In this document: in pieces, positions 1 to 10,674 of the stretch
Layout of the letters: each line of letters starts with the position of its first letter
Numbering within the stretch: position 1 is the first letter of the stretch
DNA from: a virus
Taxonomy: Duplodnaviria > Caudoviricetes
Virus record (IMG/VR): IMGVR_UViG_3300026260_000475
Span: 1 to 64,000 of that record
DNA length: 64,000 nucleotides
Direction: 5' to 3' (one strand)
Translations under genes and position numbers: made by a program
The notes under the pieces: model-generated
What the model was told of the DNA's origin: nothing
What the model saw: the letters and a program-made list of their open reading frames with translations, nothing else
The model's database searches: none

Positions 1-255
1 ATAATTAAAAAGAAGTTAACAGAACCTACTTTTGTTGAAAAGATGAATGATAAGTATATAATATGTGATGCATCTCGTACTCAAAACGTGAATGAAGAAA
101 TAAATAATATTATAAATTTTATGTATTCTTCTCCAGAAAATCCAGGACTTATAAAAGAGGCATTACGAACTATTAAAATTCATGATGATTATAGAAATGA
201 ATCTTTTGGAGAAGTTTTTCCTGAAATATATGAATTTTTAAAGGAATATGAATAA
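1..255 (+). CDS. 3' end of a probable twitch-type radical SAM protein (partial, runs in from the window edge)
   Basis: Frame is open from base 1. The C-terminus HDDYRNESFGEVFPE matches the tails of the twitch rSAM paralogs here (e.g. LDNIRSENFSEVFPEL at 23178). Confidence 0.6.
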   Translation: MIKKKLTEPTFVEKMNDKYIICDASRTQNVNEEINNIINFMYSSPENPGLIKEALRTIKIHDDYRNESFGEVFPEIYEFLKEYE

Positions 256-992
256 TGAAAAAGTATAAATATGTGGTAGTAAGTGGATGTAGTTATTCTG
301 CAAGTGATGATAATCCGTCACGGCCTAAGAATGGGAAATACATGGGAACTGTTAATTCAGGAGAAACGTATGGAGATTTAATTGCAGATTATTATGGGGC
401 AGAATTGTATAATTTTTCTCGTTCTGGATATTCATTACATTATATGAATAGAGTTATTTTAGATTGGTGTAGTAGAAATAAAGATAAGTTTAAAGATACT
501 TTAATTATATTTGGTATAACTGAACCAGATAGGATGGAATTTTGGAGTAATAAAGAGGATAGATGGCAAGCTGGATATTGGTGGACTAACAAAGCGAAAC
601 TTAAAGCTAATACATTTGTAAAAAATTGGTATAAATATTTTCATAATGCAAAGGCACAATTTTATGAGGCAACTAATATGATTTTAGGGTTACAATCATT
701 TTTTAAAGTGAGTGATATAGATCATATATTTTTTGATGGTTTAATATCGCTTGATAAATATTGGGAACGTGTATGTGATGATGAAGAAGATAAATTGGGT
801 CATAAATTATTATTTGATAATTTAGTATCACGAGAAAATTGGTATAAACATCCAGAATATGAATCTATGAACAAATTGCTAGAATACAATCCTGAACTGA
901 GAATTTTTCCAAAGGATTTACATCCAAACAAAAAAGCACATAAATATTGGGCAGAATGTTTATTGGAGTATATTAATGATAAAAAAGTTTAA
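255..992 (+). CDS. SGNH/GDSL-like hydrolase or acyltransferase
   Basis: N-terminal SGCSYS block I, block II N..RSG, C-terminal DLHPN..AH. Confidence 0.7.
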   Translation: MKKYKYVVVSGCSYSASDDNPSRPKNGKYMGTVNSGETYGDLIADYYGAELYNFSRSGYSLHYMNRVILDWCSRNKDKFKDTLIIFGITEPDRMEFWSNKEDRWQAGYWWTNKAKLKANTFVKNWYKYFHNAKAQFYEATNMILGLQSFFKVSDIDHIFFDGLISLDKYWERVCDDEEDKLGHKLLFDNLVSRENWYKHPEYESMNKLLEYNPELRIFPKDLHPNKKAHKYWAECLLEYINDKKV

Positions 993-2517
993 TTTTTATT
1001 TTGATTATTTTTTAACCAATTCTAATAAAATTGTAGAGTTACAAGGTGAAGATGTAATACCGTTACCAAATGCTATGCCTCCTGAATTTTATATTTCGTT
1101 ACAAAATAAAATTCCAAAAGAAACAAATGATTTTTATCATGGGTATTATATGAATCCTGGTGGATGGGCTCGAGAATTAAGATTGATAGAATATTTTAGA
1201 GAATGTAAAGAAATTAATTTTGAAATTAAAAATATTCAAGATACAGTTGAGAAGAATGAATATAATTGGTATGTTATAGAAATAACTGATGTACGATCAA
1301 TAACAATCGCAAATCCACTTACTAATATTCCTAAAAATACTATAAAATTTATTAAAGAAAATGATTTAAAAATATTATTGTGGTGTCCATTTCAAGATAT
1401 TATATATTATAAAGATGATTTGAAGTGGGATAATATTTTTAAGAAGGATTCTTCTTTAGTTGAAAGTGAAAGTGATATATTTAGATTATATTCAATTTAT
1501 GAATTTCTTAGATATTATGATATAAAATTTGAAAATTTGTATTTAAGACACCATACTTTAAATTATTCTGAAGTTATAGAGAAATTAAGTTTAATTTATC
1601 CACAAATTGAAAATTTATCACAAATGAATATATTACCAACAAATGGGTGTCTTTGGGAATATGTATTTTATTTATATAAAGAAGGATATCAACCAATGTT
1701 TTCACATTTAAAAGAAAACAGAAAGAGTTTGGATGAAATAGATTTATCAAAACCTCGTAAAAAGTGGTTTATGTCATTAAATGGTTATGTTAAACCACAT
1801 AGGGTGAGATTATTAGCAGAATTAAAAAGTAGAAATATATTAGATAAAGGTTATTGTAGTTTAATTGGAATGCCATTTGAATATGATTTTGATGATAGTG
1901 GAAATCCATTGAGGTATAACAGAGAAGAACTGGATGAATTACTTGTGCTTATCGATAAAGGTATGGGTGGATATCATTGGGCACATGTAGATAATTTAAT
2001 TGAAGAAACAAAATTCATAGTAGAAAATATACCAATGTTAGTAGATGGTTATACTTTTCATGATAATGATAAAGCATTGCCTGTAGATAATATTTTGGAT
2101 AGTTATTTTTCTATTATAACAGAAACAACAATGGATCCATTATATACTAATGATGCTGAGAGGATAGATAGAGATAAATTTATTTATAGTTTATTAATAT
2201 CTGAAAAAACTTATAAACCATTATATTATATGCATCCATTTATAGTTTTAGGATGTCCAGGTACTTTAAAATATTTAAGGTCTATTGGGTTCGAAACATT
2301 TCCTGAATTTTTTGATGAATCGTATGATGATATATATGATAACGAAAAACGGTATAGGTTTTGTCTTAGAGAAATTGAAAAATTGTGTAATAAAGACTTA
2401 AAAGAAGTACATGAATTATATCAGAGTATTATACCTAAATTAAAGCATAATAAAGAGATGATTGAACAATATGATTTTAAAAAAGAATTGGAGAGGTGGT
2501 TTAGCTATGAAAACTAA
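976..2517 (+). CDS. Uncharacterised 'ET..EK..KP..HPF' family protein (possible glycosyltransferase-like fold)
   Basis: C-terminal SIITET...ISEKTYKP..MHPFIVLG...GFETF..FFDESYD, shared with six paralogs in the window. Confidence 0.55.
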   Translation: MIKKFNFYFDYFLTNSNKIVELQGEDVIPLPNAMPPEFYISLQNKIPKETNDFYHGYYMNPGGWARELRLIEYFRECKEINFEIKNIQDTVEKNEYNWYVIEITDVRSITIANPLTNIPKNTIKFIKENDLKILLWCPFQDIIYYKDDLKWDNIFKKDSSLVESESDIFRLYSIYEFLRYYDIKFENLYLRHHTLNYSEVIEKLSLIYPQIENLSQMNILPTNGCLWEYVFYLYKEGYQPMFSHLKENRKSLDEIDLSKPRKKWFMSLNGYVKPHRVRLLAELKSRNILDKGYCSLIGMPFEYDFDDSGNPLRYNREELDELLVLIDKGMGGYHWAHVDNLIEETKFIVENIPMLVDGYTFHDNDKALPVDNILDSYFSIITETTMDPLYTNDAERIDRDKFIYSLLISEKTYKPLYYMHPFIVLGCPGTLKYLRSIGFETFPEFFDESYDDIYDNEKRYRFCLREIEKLCNKDLKEVHELYQSIIPKLKHNKEMIEQYDFKKELERWFSYEN

Positions 2518-3274
2518 GGCCGTTATTATTTATGATATGTGGGATAATCATCATTGTATTTCTTCTGATAGAAGAATAGGAGAATTGGCACCAAAAATAA
2601 ATAATTTTATTTCTGTTTGTAGAAGTGATAACATAAAGATTATTCATGGAGTGAGTATGTGTATGGAGTATTATAAAGATACTAAAGCACGACAAAATGT
2701 ATTTAATTTACCCGATGTAGAAGTTCCTAATATTTCGTGGAATAAATTTTCTGATATATTATCAACCCTGATACCTACACGAATTTCACCTAATCTACGA
2801 GGACAGGTAACAACTTGTTCATGTGATACTCATAAAGATACCCCGTGTTGTGGTATGGAAGTTTATGACCCAGAAGTATGGCAACCAATAAAACAACGAG
2901 ATGAAATTCAAATAAAGTCTGAAGATTTTATTATAGATGATAATATTAAAGAAATATATAATATATTATCTTATTATAATATTAAAGAAGTGATTGTGGT
3001 GGGGGTGCATTTGAATGGGTGTATCATGGATAGAAATTTTGGAATTATTAGATTAAAGGCATTAGGTATAGAACCAATTGTATGTAAAGATTTGATAGAT
3101 ACACATCATCAATATGAGGACGAAGAAATTCCATTGGAAGAACTGCATGAGGTGGGTAACAATGTTACGATTGATTGGATTGATGATATTTGGTGTCCAG
3201 TAGTTAAAAGTGAAGAGATTATAAATAGATTATTTAAAAGTAGTGGTGCTAATTTTGCAAATTCCGGCGTTTAG
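2507..3274 (+). CDS. Isochorismatase/cysteine hydrolase family protein
   Basis: AVIIYDMW..H near the N-terminus and GVHLNGCIM with catalytic Cys. ATG 2507 follows GGAGAGG, so it is preferred to the TTG at 2462. Confidence 0.65.
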   Translation: MKTKAVIIYDMWDNHHCISSDRRIGELAPKINNFISVCRSDNIKIIHGVSMCMEYYKDTKARQNVFNLPDVEVPNISWNKFSDILSTLIPTRISPNLRGQVTTCSCDTHKDTPCCGMEVYDPEVWQPIKQRDEIQIKSEDFIIDDNIKEIYNILSYYNIKEVIVVGVHLNGCIMDRNFGIIRLKALGIEPIVCKDLIDTHHQYEDEEIPLEELHEVGNNVTIDWIDDIWCPVVKSEEIINRLFKSSGANFANSGV

Positions 3275-4064
3275 AAAAATAGATATAGAAACTCATAGTT
3301 ATTGCAATAGAACATGCGACTTTTGTAGTGATTATATCTATCCACGGCATTTTATGAAAGAGATGGATAGGGGGGTGTTTTCAAAAATAATAGATGAACT
3401 TGTAGAGTTGGGATATGACAGATATATATTTTTATTTAGATATAATGAACCTCTAGCAAATTTACCTAATATTAATAGATGTGTAGCGGAGATAAGAGAA
3501 AAACTACCAAAGGTAAAGATTGGAATAAACACTAATGGTGATTATTATCGTAAGAGTGGGAGAGATGGAACTGAGATGGTGGATATGATCCAAAAAGATA
3601 TTGATGCGGATTATCTTACTATAATGGATTATGATAATAGATTTGAAGAATTTATCGATGAAGATGACAACGGTGGTGTAAGAATGATGCAATTAGATAG
3701 TATAGGTAATATGTGTGATAGAGGTGGTACATTAAAAGGAAAGGGTTATTTTGATGATCCATATAATACAGATGAATTAAGAACTGAAGCGTGTTATGAA
3801 CCCGAAAGAGTATTGGCTATAGATTATTTGGGTAACATTACTTTTTGTTGTAATTTTAGAATAGAAAATCCAGCACATAAAGATTTAATATTTGGTAATA
3901 TAAAGGATACTACTATAGTAGAAGCTTATAATAAATCAACTGAGTTTAGAGAAGGTGTGGCAAAATCTATATTTCCAGATCCATGTAAGTATTGTCAGAT
4001 GAAACCTGGTAGATTTTCAAGAGATAATCCATCCATTGGTAATAATATGGAAACGTATGTATGA
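3243..4064 (+). CDS. Radical SAM protein with C-terminal SPASM/twitch domain
   Basis: CNRTCDFC, NEPL, NTNG; C-terminal C..P...G.ITFCC...GN...C..C. Confidence 0.85.
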   Translation: MVLILQIPAFRKIDIETHSYCNRTCDFCSDYIYPRHFMKEMDRGVFSKIIDELVELGYDRYIFLFRYNEPLANLPNINRCVAEIREKLPKVKIGINTNGDYYRKSGRDGTEMVDMIQKDIDADYLTIMDYDNRFEEFIDEDDNGGVRMMQLDSIGNMCDRGGTLKGKGYFDDPYNTDELRTEACYEPERVLAIDYLGNITFCCNFRIENPAHKDLIFGNIKDTTIVEAYNKSTEFREGVAKSIFPDPCKYCQMKPGRFSRDNPSIGNNMETYV

Positions 4065-6276
4065 GAGAAGTGTTATGTCATCAATAAATGGTCGTATTTC
4101 AACCGAATGGATTCATAATAATCGTCCCTATAATGGTTTGTTTAGAGCCTATTGGACTGAAGATGGTAATGCTTCAGTAGAAAATACAGGTTTACCAGTT
4201 AGGTATGAATGGTATTGCAAAGATGGTAAAAGAGCAGATGGTATATCAAGAGGTTGGTGGCCAAATGGACAATTAAAACAGGAAATGACTTGGAAAGACG
4301 GAGAACTTTTATTAGAGATTCATTGGGGTAAGAATGGAGTAAAGACGGCTAGATATACTTGGAAGAATGGGAAACGAGATGGATTACAGACTTACTGGTA
4401 TCCAAATGGACATAAGAGAAAAGAATCAACTTACAAAGATGGGAAACAAGATGGAGTAGAAACTAGGTGGTATCAAAATGGACAGAAGATATATGAAGTA
4501 AATTATAAGGAAGGGTTATATTATGGTGATAATATTGATAGCCCCTATAGTGGTAAGGTGGTTATTTATTATGAGAATGGAAAGAAAGAGTATGAAGGAA
4601 CTTTCAAGGATGGGAAACTAGAAGGATTAGTTACTGGGTGGCATGAGAGTGGACAAAAACATTATGAAAAGCCTTACCATGATGGTAAAACTAATGGGTT
4701 ATCTATTGAGTGGCATACTAATGGTCGTAAGGCGTATGAAGCAACGTGGGAAGATGGGAAAGAGGAAGGAGTGGTTATCCTATGGAAGCCTAATGGGCAG
4801 GTAGAAAGAAAAGATATATATACGGATGGAATAAGGACGAGACCAGCGGGGATTGATTATGAGGATTATTTGGTTTCAGGAGAGGATGAAGTACACCATA
4901 AAGAGTACGGGCCAAACCATAATCCTAAAAATGGAAAATTTAGAAAACATTGGTCAAACGGTAACTTGAGATATGAGTGGGAATATAAGAATGGAAAACG
5001 AGTAGACGGTATATCAAGAGGTTGGTGGCCAAATGGTCAATTAAAACAAGAGTGGACTTGGAAAGATGGTAGAGTAAATGGATTACAGACTCATTATTGG
5101 ATGAGTGGAAAAAAGAGCTGTGAAGGGAGTTATAAAGAGATTCCTGAAAAGCTGGTTAGAGTAGGAAAATGGACTTGGTGGTATGAAAAAGAAACGGGGG
5201 AGCAAAAATATAGAGAAATAAATTATAAAAACGATCCTATAGAAACTAGACATGGATTAGTTACTCTTTGGTATGATAATGGACAGAAAAAAGTTGAAGG
5301 AAATTACAAAGATGGAAAAGAAGATGGAATTTGGATTGCATGGGATGAGAATGGACAAATAAAAAGAGAGAATAAAAATTATGATGATAAACTATTCTCA
5401 TTGAATGCGGGATATAACAAAATACCCGAAGAATTCTTATTAGAACCTCTGAAAAAATATAAAAAGAGAAAGAAAAAAATTATATTTAATGGATGTAGCC
5501 TGACTTATGGGGCCGAATCCGTTCATGATGGGATAGACCAACATTTAGATAATTTTAATAACTCATATCCAATGTTGATACAAAAAAAATTAAAAAATAT
5601 TGAGGTAATTAATTTGGCATCGTGTGGTAAATCTAATTCACAAATGTTTTGTCAAAATATTGATTATTTAATGGAAAGTATTTCCAATGAAGATGAACTT
5701 ATTTTTATTACTCAATGGAGTTGGGTTGAGAGGTTTCCCAAAGTAGTTTCAGTTAAAAATATAAATAAGTTTGAAAAAACTGCTGAATGGTTGTCATTTT
5801 TAAAATATTATAGTGATCAAGAACACGGAATATCAACTATTGCAGATTATGATGGTAGACATGATACTTGGGTTGATGCTGATTTAAATATGGAAGAACA
5901 TAATGTACAATATAACCTTTTGGCTAATATGAGTTTAACTATGTTGTTATCCTATATAAATTTGTTAGATACTTATAATGTTAAAAATTTAAATTATATC
6001 ACCCAATTACTTACTACAGATGAAATGAAAGTAAGTAATCGCTTTCAAGAGGGCAATAATGATTTTACCAGTACTTATGATTTGAATTGCATCACAGAAG
6101 AAATATTAAAACACAAAAATTTTTTGATGGATGATTGGATTACGGAGTTTATTTGTAAACCAAAATTTTTAAGAAAGAACTCCCACGCTTCAGCTGAAGC
6201 ACATCAATTGTGGGCAAATAAGTTATTAAGGATTTTATTAGATAAGGATTATATTAAGAAAGAAGATTTAGTTTGA
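4057..6276 (+). CDS. MORN-variant (YwqK-like) repeat protein fused to a C-terminal SGNH-like domain
   Basis: Many W/Y-x-x-NG-Q-K...Y-KDG repeats in the first ~450 aa, then FNGCSLTYG, NLASCGKSN and NSHAS..AH. Start placed at ATG 4057. Confidence 0.75.
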   Translation: MYERSVMSSINGRISTEWIHNNRPYNGLFRAYWTEDGNASVENTGLPVRYEWYCKDGKRADGISRGWWPNGQLKQEMTWKDGELLLEIHWGKNGVKTARYTWKNGKRDGLQTYWYPNGHKRKESTYKDGKQDGVETRWYQNGQKIYEVNYKEGLYYGDNIDSPYSGKVVIYYENGKKEYEGTFKDGKLEGLVTGWHESGQKHYEKPYHDGKTNGLSIEWHTNGRKAYEATWEDGKEEGVVILWKPNGQVERKDIYTDGIRTRPAGIDYEDYLVSGEDEVHHKEYGPNHNPKNGKFRKHWSNGNLRYEWEYKNGKRVDGISRGWWPNGQLKQEWTWKDGRVNGLQTHYWMSGKKSCEGSYKEIPEKLVRVGKWTWWYEKETGEQKYREINYKNDPIETRHGLVTLWYDNGQKKVEGNYKDGKEDGIWIAWDENGQIKRENKNYDDKLFSLNAGYNKIPEEFLLEPLKKYKKRKKKIIFNGCSLTYGAESVHDGIDQHLDNFNNSYPMLIQKKLKNIEVINLASCGKSNSQMFCQNIDYLMESISNEDELIFITQWSWVERFPKVVSVKNINKFEKTAEWLSFLKYYSDQEHGISTIADYDGRHDTWVDADLNMEEHNVQYNLLANMSLTMLLSYINLLDTYNVKNLNYITQLLTTDEMKVSNRFQEGNNDFTSTYDLNCITEEILKHKNFLMDDWITEFICKPKFLRKNSHASAEAHQLWANKLLRILLDKDYIKKEDLV
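4240..5066 (+). repeat. 59-bp intragenic direct repeat (4240-4298 and 5008-5066)
   Basis: 54/59 identical, first 29 nt identical (GGTATATCAAGAGGTTGGTGGCCAAATGG); encodes GISRGWWPNGQLKQE.TWK twice. Confidence 0.9.
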
Positions 6277-7439
6277 AAATTAAATCAAAAACAATAGATA
6301 AAAATGAATTAGTTATAGATGATTTCACTCCAGGTAAACCATTAAGAATATATGATAAAGATGGTAATTGGAAAGATTTTAATAACGAGAAATTAGTAGG
6401 TGACAAATTACATCATTTTAAAGGATGGAAATGTGGTGCTGGAACATTGAGTATGCATGTAGGTTTTCATGGTGAGGTAACGGTTGGTTCTTATTCTTGT
6501 AAGTGGGGAGTTAATAGTCCTAAGTCAATAAAAGAACAAAAATTGAGAAATATAAAACATGAATATGGTGTAAATATACTCGGTAATGTGTTTGATGATT
6601 TCGAATTACCTGCGGATTGGATAACTTGTGAACAAAAAGAATGTATTTGTGGGGCAGATTTATTCATACCTAAAGCAAAAACAAAAAAAGATTTGGATTT
6701 ACTGAGAAAGACACAATATTTATATACAGACTTTGGTAAACGGACTAAAAAAGATTTTGAAATTGTGGCAATGGAGAAATCCTTTTTACCTGGTTATAAA
6801 AAACAAATTTATTGGGATTTGTCTCTTGTTTGTAATTATGCGTGTTCTTATTGTTGGCAACACGATAAAAAAGAAAAATATAATACTTATGAGCAGTTAA
6901 TGGATGCTACTCATAAAATAGAGGATAAATTCATTAAAGGAGAAAATTGTAATTTTTGTATATCGGGAGGAGAACCAACATTTCAACCAGGTTATATGGA
7001 TTGGGTTAAATATTTATTTAATAAAGGATATTATGTTTCATCACATAGTAATGGAAGTAATAAACCTGAAGTTTATAAAGAATTAATATATTATAGTGAT
7101 TTAAATATAAGTGTTCATTTTGAATTTTATAAATCTGAGAGATTATTGAAAGTTTTAGATACAATCACACAAGAAAAAGTTAAGAATGATAACAAAGGGG
7201 TAAAACACTTGGAAGTAAAATTAATGTTCAGACCTGGGATTAGAGAAGAATTGTTGTGGTTTGAAAGACAAATACATCAAATACCTAATTTTACTGATTA
7301 TTGTACATTATCAGTAGTTCCATTAGTTGGCCCGTATAAATATGAACCAAAAGAATCTTATTTTAAAGAAAAGGAATATGATATAATAGAAAAATATTAT
7401 ACTGACGAGGATAAAGAATTATTTGGAGATAGAAATTGA
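6273..7439 (+). CDS. Radical SAM protein with the Cys-rich auxiliary domain at the N-terminus
   Basis: N-terminal FKGWKC...CEQKECICGADLFIPK, then CNYACSYC, SGGEPT and SNGS. Confidence 0.85.
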   Translation: MKIKSKTIDKNELVIDDFTPGKPLRIYDKDGNWKDFNNEKLVGDKLHHFKGWKCGAGTLSMHVGFHGEVTVGSYSCKWGVNSPKSIKEQKLRNIKHEYGVNILGNVFDDFELPADWITCEQKECICGADLFIPKAKTKKDLDLLRKTQYLYTDFGKRTKKDFEIVAMEKSFLPGYKKQIYWDLSLVCNYACSYCWQHDKKEKYNTYEQLMDATHKIEDKFIKGENCNFCISGGEPTFQPGYMDWVKYLFNKGYYVSSHSNGSNKPEVYKELIYYSDLNISVHFEFYKSERLLKVLDTITQEKVKNDNKGVKHLEVKLMFRPGIREELLWFERQIHQIPNFTDYCTLSVVPLVGPYKYEPKESYFKEKEYDIIEKYYTDEDKELFGDRN

Positions 7440-7455
7440 AGTTAGAGGAGATAAA

Positions 7456-8151
7456 ATGAATATAATAGCATTAATTACTGGTCGTGGTAATAATACTTTA
7501 AATAATAAAAATATTTTACCAGTTAATGGTGAACCTTTGTTATCATATGGGGCCATTGAAGCAAAAAAACTTGAGGATATTTCTAAATATTATATTAGTA
7601 GTGACGATGATAATATTTTAGATGTAGGGTATTCACTCGGATATGAAAAAATTAAAAGGCCAGCCGAGTTAGGAACTCCTACTGCTCGACATGGTGATGT
7701 AGTGAAACACGCGGTACAAGTTATGGATGAATGTGATATACTTGTTGTTTTAATGGCAAACTGTGCTACAATAAAATCATCACAGATAAAAGATTGTATA
7801 GATTTATTAAAAGAAGATGAATCAATTTCAACTGTTGCACCTGTAGTGAAGGATCAAGATCATCATCCTTACCGAACAAAACGAATTGAGGATGGGTTTT
7901 TAGAACCGTTTGTTCCTATTCCCGATGAAAGTAATAGTCCTAATAGACAGCAATTAAAACCAGCAAGTTATTTTTTATGTCATAGTTTTTATGTTCATAG
8001 AGTTAGTAAATGTTTTACAGAAGATGGACAACCACCATATTTCCATATGGGCAATAAAGTAAAACCTTATATAGTAGATTATTCACTTGATGTACATTCT
8101 ATGGAAGATATTTATTTAACAGAAGTGTGGATTAATAAGGAGAAAAAGTGA
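7456..8151 (+). CDS. Acylneuraminate/KDO-type cytidylyltransferase (CMP-sugar synthetase family)
   Basis: IALITGRG..TL.NKNI....G.PL, ISSDD, RPAEL, SLDVHS.ED. ATG 7456 follows GAGGAG. Confidence 0.8.
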   Translation: MNIIALITGRGNNTLNNKNILPVNGEPLLSYGAIEAKKLEDISKYYISSDDDNILDVGYSLGYEKIKRPAELGTPTARHGDVVKHAVQVMDECDILVVLMANCATIKSSQIKDCIDLLKEDESISTVAPVVKDQDHHPYRTKRIEDGFLEPFVPIPDESNSPNRQQLKPASYFLCHSFYVHRVSKCFTEDGQPPYFHMGNKVKPYIVDYSLDVHSMEDIYLTEVWINKEKK

Positions 8152-8882
8152 AATTTGAACCAGAAAATAAAGATTTTGATTATAATCAATATATGCATGA
8201 GTTAGGTGGTTTTGGTTGGCAGGAAGAATATGATATATGGAATTTAGAAAATGAAGATAATATCTATAAGAAGTTAAAGGGGTATATTGCAATTTTTAGG
8301 AGACATACTCGTATAAGTCACCATGAAAATAGCGGCAATTGGGATGATACTTTTTCTAATGAGTTTGTTGAAAAAAGCTTTAGTGATTTTAAAGAGTTGA
8401 TACATGAAAATACAGATGAGATATTTAAAAATTTATCTTCCAGATGGATACTGTCAATACTAAATTGTTTTTATGATGTTGGAAGTGATGAAGAAAAATC
8501 ATCAGCTTTAGCAATTTCTACATTGGGGGAGATTCATAGATATATTGAAATGTTCTTATATACAATTCCTGATATAGATGATATACTCGAAAATAAACTT
8601 GTAAATCCAAATACTACACTTTCTAATGGTGATGATTATATATGTTTGTTTAAAAGAATACGTCATTCTATAACAAAAGATACAAAACCTCTGGTTGAAG
8701 GTTTGATTAAGAGGTATTTTGATGAAGATAAATTTATTTTCAATTTATTTAATCAATTTGAATTTAATGATATGAAAAAAGACATTTTAAAATTATTAGA
8801 GAAGGATTCTTCTGGTTCATATTTATATAGTGAAACCGTAAAAACAGACTATTTGAATACAGAAGAACCAGAATATAAATGA
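8148..8882 (+). CDS. Hypothetical protein
   Basis: 244-aa ORF coupled to both neighbours, GGAG upstream; no recognised motif. Confidence 0.6.
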   Translation: MKFEPENKDFDYNQYMHELGGFGWQEEYDIWNLENEDNIYKKLKGYIAIFRRHTRISHHENSGNWDDTFSNEFVEKSFSDFKELIHENTDEIFKNLSSRWILSILNCFYDVGSDEEKSSALAISTLGEIHRYIEMFLYTIPDIDDILENKLVNPNTTLSNGDDYICLFKRIRHSITKDTKPLVEGLIKRYFDEDKFIFNLFNQFEFNDMKKDILKLLEKDSSGSYLYSETVKTDYLNTEEPEYK

Positions 8883-9391
8883 AATATTATAAAAGTATAG
8901 AACGAAGAGAGATATATTTACCTTCAGAGTTAACAATGGAGTTTGTGCCATTTTTTATATCAACTATAAATGAAATGATTTCTATGTCAAGTGAGGATAT
9001 AACAATATATTGTTCTTCTTATGGTGGGGATTTATATGCAGCATTTTCTATAATTGATTATATTAATTTAATTGAAGCTAAAGTGAATACTATATGTATA
9101 GGTGCGTCAATGTCTGCCGCTAGTATTATTTTAGGAAGTGGTACGGGAGAAAGAACCATGTCTAAGAATTCTACTCTTATGATACACAGTGCAGTATTTG
9201 AAGAAGGTAAAACTTCATATATGGTAAAATCTTCTGACCATTTAAAGGAATTAAAAATAAATATTTTGGAAGTTTTATCTAAAATTTCTAATAAAGATAA
9301 AGATTTTTGGAAATCTAAAATAAAAGACGATTTATATCTCAAAAGTGAAGAATGTTTAGATTTAAATCTGATAGATAAAATTATAAGTTAG
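8879..9391 (+). CDS. clpP: ClpP-like serine protease subunit
   Basis: SYGGDL, ICIGASMSAA (Ser), R....NS.LMIH (His), DLYL...E (Asp), LIDKI. Confidence 0.85.
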   Translation: MKYYKSIERREIYLPSELTMEFVPFFISTINEMISMSSEDITIYCSSYGGDLYAAFSIIDYINLIEAKVNTICIGASMSAASIILGSGTGERTMSKNSTLMIHSAVFEEGKTSYMVKSSDHLKELKINILEVLSKISNKDKDFWKSKIKDDLYLKSEECLDLNLIDKIIS

Positions 9392-9402
9392 GAGATTTCG
9401 CT

Positions 9403-10671
9403 ATGAATATAGGATTTATGGGAATGGGTAAGTTAGGATTACCTGTGGCTCTTGCAATAGAGGGCAAGGGACATAAGGTAATAGGTTATGACCCATCACC
9501 TCAAGTACAAGAAATAGTTAAGAGTAAGAAATTACAATATAAAGAAATTTATGCTCAAGGTTATTTGGATAAAAGTAAAATAGAAATTAAGAGTGTTGAA
9601 GAAGTAGTAAAACATTCAGATATTATATTTGTTCCAATACAAACACCACATGACACTCAGTTTGAGGGTTCAACTAGGATACCAGATGAAAGAAAAGATT
9701 TTGATTATACCTATTTAAAGAATGGTCTTGTTGAGTTAGATATAGAATTAGAAAAACAAAAAAAGGAAGTAGTTGTAGTAGTAATTTCTACAGTTCTACC
9801 TGGAACAATACGAAAAGAGATTATGCCATATTTAAGTGATTGGACTAAACTATGTTATAATCCATTCTTTATTGCTATGGGAACTACTATAGAAGATTTT
9901 CTTAGACCAGAGATTATTTTATTTGGTGTGGATGATGATGAGGCGGCAAAGAAAGCAAAGAAGTTTTACAGAACAATTAATCATGCACCATTTTATGATA
10001 CAACTATAGAGAATGCAGAATTGATTAAGGTTGCTTATAATACTTTTATAGGAACTAAGATAGCATATGTAAATACACTAATGGAGATGTGTCATCATTT
10101 ACCAAATACAAATGTAGATGAGGTGATGAATGGATTGAAGATGTGTAGTAAACGTATTATATCAGACAAGTATCTAAGTGGTGGTATGGGTGATGGTGGT
10201 GGTTGTCATCCAAGAGATAACATAGCATTGAGTTGGTTGAGTGATGAACTTGGATTAAGATTTAATTGGTTTGATAACATAATGAAACAGAGAGAAGTTC
10301 AAACTGAATGGTTAGCTGATTTAATTGAAGAACATTCAGGAGGATTAGCAATTAATATTCTTGGTAAATCATTTAAACCACAAACAAATATCACTACAGG
10401 AAGTCCATCTATATTATTAAAGAATATATTAGAAGAAAGAGGACACGCCGTATTTATGTGGGATCCGTATATTGATGAATCTTGGGAAGATATGAAGAAA
10501 CAATATGGTTGGGAAGATGAACCACAATTATATTTTATTGGAACTAAACATGAAGATTTTGTAAACTTTCCTTTTGAGAAGGGTTCGATAGTAATTGACC
10601 CTTGGCGTTTCATTTCAGATAAAGAAGATATAAAAGTTATAAGACTTGGAGAACACGAGTATATTTATTAG
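9403..10671 (+). CDS. ugd: UDP-glucose/GDP-mannose 6-dehydrogenase family
   Basis: GMGKLGLP Rossmann motif, STVLPGT, AELIK..YN, GGGCHPRD catalytic Cys, LGKSFKP. Confidence 0.9.
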   Translation: MNIGFMGMGKLGLPVALAIEGKGHKVIGYDPSPQVQEIVKSKKLQYKEIYAQGYLDKSKIEIKSVEEVVKHSDIIFVPIQTPHDTQFEGSTRIPDERKDFDYTYLKNGLVELDIELEKQKKEVVVVVISTVLPGTIRKEIMPYLSDWTKLCYNPFFIAMGTTIEDFLRPEIILFGVDDDEAAKKAKKFYRTINHAPFYDTTIENAELIKVAYNTFIGTKIAYVNTLMEMCHHLPNTNVDEVMNGLKMCSKRIISDKYLSGGMGDGGGCHPRDNIALSWLSDELGLRFNWFDNIMKQREVQTEWLADLIEEHSGGLAINILGKSFKPQTNITTGSPSILLKNILEERGHAVFMWDPYIDESWEDMKKQYGWEDEPQLYFIGTKHEDFVNFPFEKGSIVIDPWRFISDKEDIKVIRLGEHEYIY

Positions 10672-10674
10672 TAT

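Noticed and set aside
4240-5066. 59-bp repeat pair as a diversity-generating retroelement TR/VR
   Set aside because: Mismatches are not confined to adenines of one copy, both copies are coding mid-gene, and no reverse transcriptase is in the window.
4057-5400. YwqJK toxin-antitoxin module
   Set aside because: Only the generic MORN-variant repeats are present, fused to SGNH, with no adjacent toxin.
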